Notes under the pieces: generated by a model
The model's input: the letters and a program-made list of their open reading frames with translations, nothing else
Database searches by the model: none
What the model was told of the DNA's origin: nothing
Translations under genes and position numbers: made by a program
Shown: in pieces, positions 1 through 5,019 of the stretch
How the letters are laid out: every line of letters starts with the position of its first letter
Numbering within the stretch: position 1 is the first letter of the stretch
Virus record (IMG/VR): IMGVR_UViG_2541047946_000006
Length of the DNA: 5,019 bases
Reading direction: 5' to 3' (one strand)
From: a virus
Lineage: Duplodnaviria; Heunggongvirae; Uroviricota; Caudoviricetes

Positions 1-122
1 CCAATCTTTGGAGCAATGGAACAAATTGTCGCCCATTGTGAGTCATATTCGCCCTGACTTTCCAGAACCATACGGACTGCCCGTTGACGGACTTCAGGGG
101 AAAAACGAGTATTTTTAGTCAT
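1..122 (-). CDS. IS3-family transposase OrfA, N-terminal 40 codons only (runs off the window)
   Basis: ATG is the complement of nt 120-122; translation is [41 protein letters not shown] with no stop before the window edge. Confidence 0.8.
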   Translation of the reverse strand, partial: MTKNTRFSPEVRQRAVRMVLESQGEYDSQWATICSIAPKI

Positions 123-176
123 CCTGTTTACCTCTTTCTCAGGAAGTTTAGTCTCCAGGATTCCCGGGGCGGTTCA
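1..176 (-). mobile_element. IS629-type (IS3 family) insertion sequence, transposase-proximal terminal segment; element continues beyond the left window edge
   Basis: nt 1-176 are the exact reverse complement of nt 4844-5019 (compared base by base). The inward-facing terminus reads TGAACCGCCCCGGGAATCC on the - strand, a TG-initiated end typical of IS3-family elements. 54 nt inside the end is an ATG opening [41 protein letters not shown], which I recognise as the N-terminus of IS629/IS1203-type OrfA. The family call is from memory, not a database hit. Confidence 0.85.
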
Positions 177-672
177 ATCCAGCTTTTTGTTGGTATTGCT
201 GTCGATACGCAAGTTTGAAAGCAATTGCTTTTTCTATAAGTTCGTCAGTTTCACGATCCACTACGGCAGGATCAGCAAAAAGCAGTCCGGACTCCACCAC
301 ATCGCCATATTCTTTGTTTAACCCGGCGATCATGCACGTGATGCTTTTTCCGTCAGTAATTTCACGATACAACCTGAAATCATTAATCCGGATAGCCTCC
401 ATAATTGCAGGCACTAGCGCCGTGAACTTTTCACGCTTATCCCTGGTGTCGATAGCCTTCCAGCGTTCAAATATCTTCACTCGATTAACGCCAAGCGCTC
501 GCTGATCAATCGCGCCACCTTCATATGTGACACGCTGAACATCGATGTTCGGGCGCTCTTTCAAAGCCCAGAATGCTTCAGTGATTAATATCGTCGCCTG
601 CTCCTGTGTCATTCCTGGTCGACATATCCAGGCATCCAGAGCCTCACGAGCCTGTTCAGGAGTGATTTTCAT
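148..672 (-). CDS. YdaT-family-like (CII-analogue) early regulatory protein, probably 3'-truncated: codons 1-165 are native, the last 9 codons and the stop come from IS sequence
   Basis: 174-aa ORF from the six-frame track with protein-like composition. It lies directly downstream of the cro-like dicC on the same strand, overlapping it by 17 nt (656-672), which is the position cII/ydaT-type genes occupy in lambdoid prophages. The IS boundary at 176/177 falls inside codon 166. The family assignment is from recalled similarity and is the weakest call here. Confidence 0.5.
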   Translation of the reverse strand: MKITPEQAREALDAWICRPGMTQEQATILITEAFWALKERPNIDVQRVTYEGGAIDQRALGVNRVKIFERWKAIDTRDKREKFTALVPAIMEAIRINDFRLYREITDGKSITCMIAGLNKEYGDVVESGLLFADPAVVDRETDELIEKAIAFKLAYRQQYQQKAGLNRPGNPGD

Positions 673-886
673 TGTTCAACCGCCCCGCCCGCTTCGTCTT
701 ACGATATTCATCATAAACTTTGGGATCATACTGAAGCTCCCCGCCAGATGCCTCCTGTAGACGCATCGCGCGACCTTCGGGAACTAAATCCCCTTTCCAG
801 CTATAAAGCGAAGCCAAACGAATACCTGCTGCTTGTGCAAGTTTTGTTTTTGAACCGAAATACAAAAGAGCGTCAGTTTTAAGCAT
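656..886 (-). CDS. dicC: DicC, Cro-like helix-turn-helix regulator of the Qin-type prophage
   Basis: 76-aa product [76 protein letters not shown], recognised as DicC. It is divergent from dicA. An AAGGTG Shine-Dalgarno sits 6 nt upstream of the ATG (complement of 884-886). Stop is TGA (complement of 656-658). Confidence 0.9.
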   Translation of the reverse strand: MLKTDALLYFGSKTKLAQAAGIRLASLYSWKGDLVPEGRAMRLQEASGGELQYDPKVYDEYRKTKRAGRLNNENHS

Positions 887-969
887 TTAAAACACCTTTA
901 TTGTTAGTCATAACTAACAAGATAGATGTTAACAAAAACATAGTCAATACGATTTAGCATTAGCTAACT
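887..969. promoter_or_regulatory. Divergent dicC/dicA control region containing two palindromic operator-like sites
   Basis: Perfect 20-bp palindrome TTGTTAGT-cata-ACTAACAA at 901-920. Second inverted repeat TTAGC-atta-GCTAA at 954-967, ending 3 nt before the dicA ATG. Both share a TTAG(T/C) core. No confident -35/-10 pair for dicA could be placed, and dicA has no clear Shine-Dalgarno, so its transcript may have a very short leader. Confidence 0.6.
919..947 (-). promoter_or_regulatory. Candidate sigma-70 promoter for dicC (PdicC)
   Basis: On the - strand: -35 TTGACT (complement of 942-947), 17-nt spacer, -10 TATCTT (complement of 919-924). The 901-920 palindrome overlaps the -10 and predicted start. 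Positional inference only. Confidence 0.45.
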
Positions 970-1377
970 ATGGAAACAAAAAATTTAACTATCGGCGAAC
1001 GCATCAGGTATCGTCGGAAAAACCTCAAACACACCCAAAGGTCTCTTGCTAAAGCCCTGAAAATCTCCCATGTGTCTGTATCACAATGGGAACGGGGTGA
1101 TAGTGAACCTACAGGGAAGAACCTTTTTGCCCTCAGCAAAGTATTGCAATGCTCACCAACATGGATTCTATTTGGCGATGAAGACAAGCAACCAACACCA
1201 CCTGTTGAGAAGCCAGTTGCCTTATCCCCCAAAGAACTAGAGCTCCTTGAGCTGTTTAATGCACTGCCAGAATCAGAACAGGATACCCAGCTCGCCGAAA
1301 TGCGAGCTCGAGTAAAAAACTTCAATAAACTCTTTGAAGAATTACTAAAAGCCCGTCAGCGGACAAATAAAAGATAA
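970..1377 (+). CDS. dicA: DicA, CI/c2-like XRE-family repressor of the dicB operon
   Basis: 135-aa product beginning METKNLTIGERIRYRRKNLKHTQRSLAKALKISHVSVSQWERGDSEPTGKNLFALSKVLQCSPTWILFGDEDKQ, recognised as DicA, with an N-terminal HTH. ATG at 970, stop TAA at 1375-1377. Confidence 0.9.
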   Translation: METKNLTIGERIRYRRKNLKHTQRSLAKALKISHVSVSQWERGDSEPTGKNLFALSKVLQCSPTWILFGDEDKQPTPPVEKPVALSPKELELLELFNALPESEQDTQLAEMRARVKNFNKLFEELLKARQRTNKR

Positions 1378-1412
1378 CATCATCAATGAGTTATCTTTTA
1401 CTACATCAATCA

Positions 1413-1466
1413 TGTTAGCTATAGCATACAAAATCACTTGACCGATATGTTAGTCATGGCTAATCT
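1413..1466 (+). promoter_or_regulatory. Candidate dicB-operon promoter (PdicB) with flanking and overlapping operator-like sites
   Basis: -35 TTGACC (1438-1443), 17-nt spacer, -10 TAATCT (1461-1466). Operator-like TGTTAGCTATAGC (1413-1425, containing palindrome GCTATAGC) lies upstream of the -35. TGTTAGTCAT (1449-1458), identical to the half-site at 902-911, overlaps the spacer. This is the layout expected for a DicA-repressed promoter. Confidence 0.5.
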
Positions 1467-1543
1467 TGTTTGCATCAACACACCGCACGGTGTTCTCAGC
1501 AAACAGTTCCGCTACCCCAGCGTTAAGGGGAAATGAGGTCAGC

Positions 1544-1699
1544 ATGGATACTATCGATCTTGGCAACAACGAATCTCTGGTGTACGGCGTGTTTCCAAAC
1601 CAGGACGGCACGTTCACCGCAATGACGTATACCAAAAGCAAAACGTTTAAAACCGAAAATGGTGCCCGTCGCTGGCTGGAAAGAAACTCAGGTGAGTGA
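1544..1699 (+). CDS. ydfA: YdfA, small Qin-prophage protein of unknown function (51 aa)
   Basis: ATG at 1544 with GAGG Shine-Dalgarno at 1535-1538; product MDTIDLGNNESLVYGVFPNQDGTFTAMTYTKSKTFKTENGARRWLERNSGE; stop TGA 1697-1699. The track ORF 1466-1699 is the same frame with an unsupported N-terminal extension. Confidence 0.8.
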   Translation: MDTIDLGNNESLVYGVFPNQDGTFTAMTYTKSKTFKTENGARRWLERNSGE

Positions 1700-1700
1700 T

Positions 1701-1829
1701 ATGGATTTCGACACAATCATGGAAAAGGCTTACGAAGAATACTTCGAAGGCCTTGCCGAAGGCGAAGAAGCTCTCAGCTTCAGTGAGTTTAAACAGGCGC
1801 TTTCCAGTTCGGCAAAATCTAACGGCTGA
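1701..1829 (+). CDS. ydfB: YdfB, small Qin-prophage protein (42 aa); absent from the supplied ORF track, presumably below its length cut-off
   Basis: Hand translation: ATG 1701, MDFDTIMEKAYEEYFEGLAEGEEALSFSEFKQALSSSAKSNG, stop TGA 1827-1829. AGGTGAG Shine-Dalgarno at 1690-1696. It starts 1 nt after the ydfA stop, suggesting translational coupling. Confidence 0.7.
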   Translation: MDFDTIMEKAYEEYFEGLAEGEEALSFSEFKQALSSSAKSNG

Positions 1830-1858
1830 TAAGCGAAACAGCACCGCGAGGAATCAGT

Positions 1859-2077
1859 ATGCAGAAACGAGAACCCGTCATCATCGCGCCAGACTATACC
1901 GATGATGAACTTTATGAGTGGATGCGCCAGAAAATTAATGCAGCGCAGGATCTGAAATGGGCTAATGAAGCCAGGGCTAAGCAGGCTGAAAATCTGTCCG
2001 CTCTGGAGCAGGATATCACCAATCTGGAAAAAGCAGCGGCATTAAGCATTGCCAGAATGATTACATACCCGCGTTAG
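1859..2077 (+). CDS. ydfC: YdfC, small Qin-prophage protein (72 aa)
   Basis: ATG 1859 preceded by GAGGA (1848-1852) with a 6-nt spacer; product MQKREPVIIAPDYTDDELYEWMRQKINAAQDLKWANEARAKQAENLSALEQDITNLEKAAALSIARMITYPR; stop TAG 2075-2077. Confidence 0.8.
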   Translation: MQKREPVIIAPDYTDDELYEWMRQKINAAQDLKWANEARAKQAENLSALEQDITNLEKAAALSIARMITYPR

Positions 2078-2417
2078 TAGCTAATCAACAAAGCTAAGGT
2101 TAGTAATTAAGGAGTTCTCCACGGGTGAGGTGGAGTGCGTGCGCCGGACACGGGTGCGCATCCGGAACTGACAGTTTACTGAAAGGATATTTCCCTGAAA
2201 AGTCAGACCATAACGCGAAAGCGCACGGCGAGGTAGCTGGTTCATAGATAGCCTGTCGTTAAATTTTCGTCGACCGTGCGCTTCCGGTTGTGGCAACCCG
2301 CGAAATGGCGCGGCGGTAAGTATGGCGGGGTTATTCCTTCCCCGTTGAGGACACCGGGTTGTCAGGTTGACCATACGCTTAAGTGACAACCCCGCTGCAA
2401 CGCCCTCTGTTATCAAT

Positions 2418-2475
2418 TTTCTGGTGACGTTTGGCGGTATCAGTTTTACTCCGTGACTGCTCTGCCGCCCTTTTT
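2418..2475 (+). ncRNA. dicF: DicF small regulatory RNA (Hfq-dependent sRNA that represses ftsZ among other targets); ends approximate to +/-5 nt
   Basis: Sequence TTTCTGGTGACGTTTGGCGGTATCAGTTTTACTCCGTGACTGCTCTGCCGCCCTTTTT recognised as DicF. It sits in the expected slot between ydfC and dicB and ends in a GC-rich stem plus T5 tract. The mature 5' end is made by processing and cannot be fixed from sequence alone. Confidence 0.85.
2433..2475 (+). terminator. Intrinsic (Rho-independent) terminator forming the DicF 3' end
   Basis: Stem GGCGG(2433-2437)/CCGCC(2465-2469), extendable with a G-U pair, an A-U pair and an inner CAG/CTG stem across a small internal loop, followed by C and TTTTT (2471-2475). 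dicB lies downstream, so termination must be partial. Confidence 0.6.
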
Positions 2476-2644
2476 AAAGTGAATTTTGTGATGTGGTGAA
2501 TGCGGCTGAGCGCACGCGGAACAGTTAAAACCAAAAACAGTGTTATGGGTGGATTCTCTGTATCCGGCGTTAATTGTTAACTGGTTAACGTCACCTGGAG
2601 GCACCAGGCACTGCATCACAAAATTCATTGTTGAGGACGCGATA

Positions 2645-2833
2645 ATGAAAACGTTATTACCAAACGTTAATACGTCTGAAGGTTGTTTTGAAATTGGTGT
2701 CACTATCAGTAACCCAGTATTTACTGAAGATGCCATTAACAAGAGAAAACAAGAACGGGAGCTATTAAATAAAATATGCATTGTTTCAATGCTGGCTCGT
2801 TTACGTCTGATGCCAAAAGGATGTGCACAATGA
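2645..2833 (+). CDS. dicB: DicB, cell-division inhibitor (acts with MinC)
   Basis: 62-aa product MKTLLPNVNTSEGCFEIGVTISNPVFTEDAINKRKQERELLNKICIVSMLARLRLMPKGCAQ, recognised as DicB. GAGGA Shine-Dalgarno at 2633-2637, 7 nt before ATG 2645; stop TGA 2831-2833. The track ORF 2540-2833 is the same frame with an unsupported N-terminal extension. Confidence 0.9.
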   Translation: MKTLLPNVNTSEGCFEIGVTISNPVFTEDAINKRKQERELLNKICIVSMLARLRLMPKGCAQ

Positions 2834-3021
2834 ATTCAGCATTTGTGCTTGTTCTGACAGTTTTTCTTGTTTCCGGAGAGCCAGTTGATATTGCAGTCAG
2901 TGTTCACAGGACAATGCAGGAGTGTATGACTGCAGCAACCGAACAGAAAATTCCCGGTAACTGTTACCCGGTCGATAAAGTTATTCACCAGGATAATATC
3001 GAAATCCCGGCAGGTCTTTAA
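2830..3021 (+). CDS. ydfD: YdfD, small Qin-prophage membrane protein reported to cause lysis when overexpressed (63 aa)
   Basis: ATG 2830-2832 overlaps the dicB stop as ATGA; product MNSAFVLVLTVFLVSGEPVDIAVSVHRTMQECMTAATEQKIPGNCYPVDKVIHQDNIEIPAGL has a hydrophobic N-terminal segment; stop TAA 3019-3021. In-frame upstream ATGs at 2776 and 2821 are possible alternative starts. Confidence 0.8.
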   Translation: MNSAFVLVLTVFLVSGEPVDIAVSVHRTMQECMTAATEQKIPGNCYPVDKVIHQDNIEIPAGL

Positions 3022-3113
3022 AACAGTTCCGTAATAAATATCCGGTTTCATTCTTATATGCCAGCAATGGCAGGGATTTGTTCATCCTTAAATCTGTCAT
3101 GAGGTTAAAACAA

Positions 3114-4892
3114 ATGAGTAAAGTCTTTATTTGCGCCGCTATTCCTGACGAACTGGCAACAAGGGAAGAAGGCGCTGTGGCTGTAGCCACAGCCATTGAA
3201 GCTGGCGACGAACGCCGTGCTCGAGCAAAATTTCACTGGCAATTCCTGGAACATTATCCGGCTGCTCAGGACTGCGCTTATAAATTTATTGTCTGCGAGG
3301 ATAAACCTGGCATACCCCGCCCTGCCCTCGATTCATGGGATGCTGAATATATGCAGGAAAACCGCTGGGATGAGGAGTCTGCTTCTTTTGTCCCGGTTGA
3401 GACTGAATCCGATCCGATGAACGTCACTTTTGACAAGCTGGCCCCTGAAGTACAGAACGCTGTCATGGTTAAGTTCGACACATGTGAAAACATCACCGTT
3501 GATATGGTTATTAGCGCACAGGAATTGTTGCAGGAAGACATGGCAACATTCGACGGACATATCGTTGAAGCGTTGATGAAAATGCCAGAAGTTAACGCCA
3601 TGTATCCGGAGCTTAAGTTGCACGCCATTGGGTGGGTTAAGCATAAATGTATTCCTGGTGCTAAATGGCCCGAAATTCAGGCAGAGATGCGCATCTGGAA
3701 AAAACGTCGCGAAGGTGAACGCAAGGAAACCGGAAAATACACGTCTGTTGTTGATCTCGCCCGCGCCAGAGCCAATCAACAGTACACTGAAAATTCAACA
3801 GGAAAAATCAGCCCGGTCATTGCTGCCATTCATCGCGAATACAAGCAGACATGGAAAACACTGGATGACGAACTGGCCTACGCTCTCTGGCCTGGTGATG
3901 TGGATGCCGGAAACATTGACGGCAGCATCCATCGCTGGGCAAAAAAAGAAGTTATCGACAACGACCGCGAAGACTGGAAGCGTATCTCGGCATCAATGCG
4001 CAAACAGCCTGATGCCCTTCGCTACGACCGCCAAACTATTTTTGGCCTTGTCCGTGAGCGTCCGATCGACATTCACAAAGATCCCGTAGCACTGAACAAA
4101 TATATCTGCGAATACCTGACGACAAAGGGCGTGTTTGAGAATGAAGAAACAGACCTGGGCACTGTTGATGTTCTCCAGTCATCAGAAACACAAACTGATG
4201 CAGTGGAAACTGAGGTATCTGATATCCCAAAAAATGAAACCGCGCCGGAAGCTGAACCATCTGTAGAGCGTGAGGGGCCGTTCTATTTCCTCTTCGCAGA
4301 TAAGGACGGAGAAAAATACGGTCGCGCAAACAAACTCTCTGGTCTGGATAAGGCACTGGCTGCTGGCGCCACTGAAATCACAAAAGAAGAATATTTTGCC
4401 CGAAAAAATGGCACATACACGGGCTTACCGCAAAATGTAGATACCGCTGAAGATTCAGAACAACCAGAGCCGATAAAAGTTACCGCTGACGAAGTAAACA
4501 AAATTATGCAGGCAGCCAATATCAGCCAGCCTGACGCCGATAAGTTGCTTGCTGCATCACGTGGTGAATTTGTTGAAGGGATTAGTGACCCGAATGATCC
4601 GAAATGGGTTAAGGGGCTCCAGACCCGCGATTCTGTGAACCAGAACCAGCATGAATCGGAACGGAACTACCAAAAAGCGGAACAAAACAGTCCAAATGCG
4701 TTACAAAACGAGCCAGAAACGAAACAGCCTGAACCAGTAGCGCAACAGGAAGTGGAAAAAGTCTGCACCGCCTGCGGTCAGACCGGCGGCGGCAACTGCC
4801 CTGATTGTGGCGCGGTGATGGGCGACGCAACATACCAAGAAACTGAACCGCCCCGGGAATCCTGGAGACTAAACTTCCTGAGAAAGAGGTAA
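3114..4892 (+). CDS. RecE-family (exonuclease VIII)-like protein, N-terminal portion only (YdfE-like): about 576 native codons, then 15 codons and the stop supplied by the IS
   Basis: Long ORF with protein-like composition in the slot after the kil-like dicB, where lambdoid PL operons carry recombination genes. The C-proximal stretch [33 protein letters not shown] resembles what I recall from the central region of RecE, at moderate confidence. Start chosen at ATG 3114 (GAGG at 3101-3104, 9-nt spacer); the track's TTG at 3078 is less likely. The IS boundary at 4843/4844 falls inside a codon and the stop TAA 4890-4892 is IS sequence. No nuclease domain is present. Confidence 0.6.
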   Translation: MSKVFICAAIPDELATREEGAVAVATAIEAGDERRARAKFHWQFLEHYPAAQDCAYKFIVCEDKPGIPRPALDSWDAEYMQENRWDEESASFVPVETESDPMNVTFDKLAPEVQNAVMVKFDTCENITVDMVISAQELLQEDMATFDGHIVEALMKMPEVNAMYPELKLHAIGWVKHKCIPGAKWPEIQAEMRIWKKRREGERKETGKYTSVVDLARARANQQYTENSTGKISPVIAAIHREYKQTWKTLDDELAYALWPGDVDAGNIDGSIHRWAKKEVIDNDREDWKRISASMRKQPDALRYDRQTIFGLVRERPIDIHKDPVALNKYICEYLTTKGVFENEETDLGTVDVLQSSETQTDAVETEVSDIPKNETAPEAEPSVEREGPFYFLFADKDGEKYGRANKLSGLDKALAAGATEITKEEYFARKNGTYTGLPQNVDTAEDSEQPEPIKVTADEVNKIMQAANISQPDADKLLAASRGEFVEGISDPNDPKWVKGLQTRDSVNQNQHESERNYQKAEQNSPNALQNEPETKQPEPVAQQEVEKVCTACGQTGGGNCPDCGAVMGDATYQETEPPRESWRLNFLRKR

Positions 4893-5019
4893 ACAGGATG
4901 ACTAAAAATACTCGTTTTTCCCCTGAAGTCCGTCAACGGGCAGTCCGTATGGTTCTGGAAAGTCAGGGCGAATATGACTCACAATGGGCGACAATTTGTT
5001 CCATTGCTCCAAAGATTGG
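4844..5019 (+). mobile_element. IS629-type (IS3 family) insertion sequence, transposase-proximal terminal segment; element continues beyond the right window edge
   Basis: Begins TGAACCGCCCCGGGAATCCTGGAGACTAAAC at 4844 and is the exact reverse complement of nt 1-176. It contains the OrfA start at 4898. Confidence 0.85.
4898..5019 (+). CDS. IS3-family transposase OrfA, N-terminal 40 codons only (runs off the window)
   Basis: ATG 4898 preceded by AAGAGG; translation [41 protein letters not shown], open to the window edge. Confidence 0.8.
   Translation, partial: MTKNTRFSPEVRQRAVRMVLESQGEYDSQWATICSIAPKI

Noticed and set aside
215-505. 96-aa ORF on the + strand
   Set aside because: Antisense to and fully inside the YdaT-like gene; serine-rich composition; the opposite strand has the better coding signal.
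545-760. 71-aa ORF on the + strand
   Set aside because: Antisense to the dicC / YdaT-like gene overlap; no start context; composition not protein-like.
960-1325. 121-aa ORF on the - strand
   Set aside because: Lies entirely antisense to the recognised dicA gene; serine- and arginine-rich low-complexity translation; no ribosome-binding site. Treated as a shadow ORF.
1466-1699. 77-aa N-terminally extended version of ydfA
   Set aside because: The upstream start has no ribosome-binding site and would begin inside the predicted promoter and leader; the internal ATG at 1544 has a GAGG Shine-Dalgarno and gives the recognised 51-aa product.
1450-1844. ORFs 1450-1716 (-), 1647-1844 (-) and 1696-1905 (+)
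   Set aside because: They overlap ydfA and ydfB on the wrong strand or frame. The recognised small genes explain the coding signal, and 1696-1905 would read through the ydfC ribosome-binding site.
2081-2416. 111-aa ORF on the - strand across the ydfC-dicF spacer
   Set aside because: Arginine-rich, low-complexity translation typical of a chance ORF in GC-rich structured DNA; antisense to the operon transcript; no convincing start context. I cannot exclude it completely without conservation data.
2078-2417. Possible retron msr/msd or group II intron fragment in the GC-rich spacer
   Set aside because: No reverse-transcriptase ORF anywhere in the window and no recognisable long flanking inverted repeats; the DicF processing leader is the simpler explanation.
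2446-2781. 111-aa ORF on the - strand
   Set aside because: Antisense to dicF and dicB; explained by the recognised features on the + strand.
2540-2833. 97-aa extended dicB ORF and the 81-aa extended ydfD ORF (2776-3021)
   Set aside because: Same frames as dicB and ydfD with N-terminal extensions lacking ribosome-binding sites. The internal starts at 2645 and 2830 match the recognised proteins, although ATG 2821 remains a possible alternative start for ydfD.
3078-3113. TTG start at 3078 for the long ORF, as given in the track
   Set aside because: Non-ATG start without a ribosome-binding site; ATG 3114 has GAGG nine nt upstream and is the more plausible start.
2836-3196. ORFs 2836-3051 (-) and 2981-3196 (-)
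   Set aside because: Antisense to ydfD and the start of the recE-like gene; cysteine- and asparagine-rich or serine-rich; no start signals.
3196-4833. Internal alternative-frame ORFs within the recE-like gene (3196-3420 +, 3628-4089 +, 3278-3628 -, 3333-3779 -, 4036-4356 -, 4283-4519 -, 4609-4833 -)
   Set aside because: All nested inside the 1.8-kb + strand ORF, which has far stronger coding character; they are typical shadow ORFs.
1-5019. CRISPR arrays, tRNA or rRNA genes, integrase or attachment sites
   Set aside because: No direct-repeat/spacer periodicity, no cloverleaf-capable segments and no integrase-like ORF were seen. The only long repeat is the terminal IS inverted duplication.

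Overview
This window is the immunity / early-left region of a Qin-like cryptic lambdoid prophage (the E. coli dic locus), bracketed by two inverted copies of the transposase-proximal end of an IS629-type IS3-family insertion sequence. Gene order on the + strand is dicA, ydfA, ydfB, ydfC, the DicF sRNA, dicB, ydfD, then a long ORF resembling the N-terminal part of a RecE-family exonuclease VIII. On the - strand, dicC (Cro-like) is followed by a YdaT-family-like gene. Both outermost genes run into IS sequence and take their last codons and stop from it, so both appear truncated by insertion. The first 176 nt are the exact reverse complement of the last 176 nt. I found no CRISPR array, tRNA or rRNA. 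Gene identities rest on my recognition of the protein and RNA sequences, not on any search. I see a well-known system, not an obviously undescribed one; the points most worth follow-up are the IS-bracketed architecture, the operator repeats, and the 340-nt structured non-coding stretch upstream of dicF.
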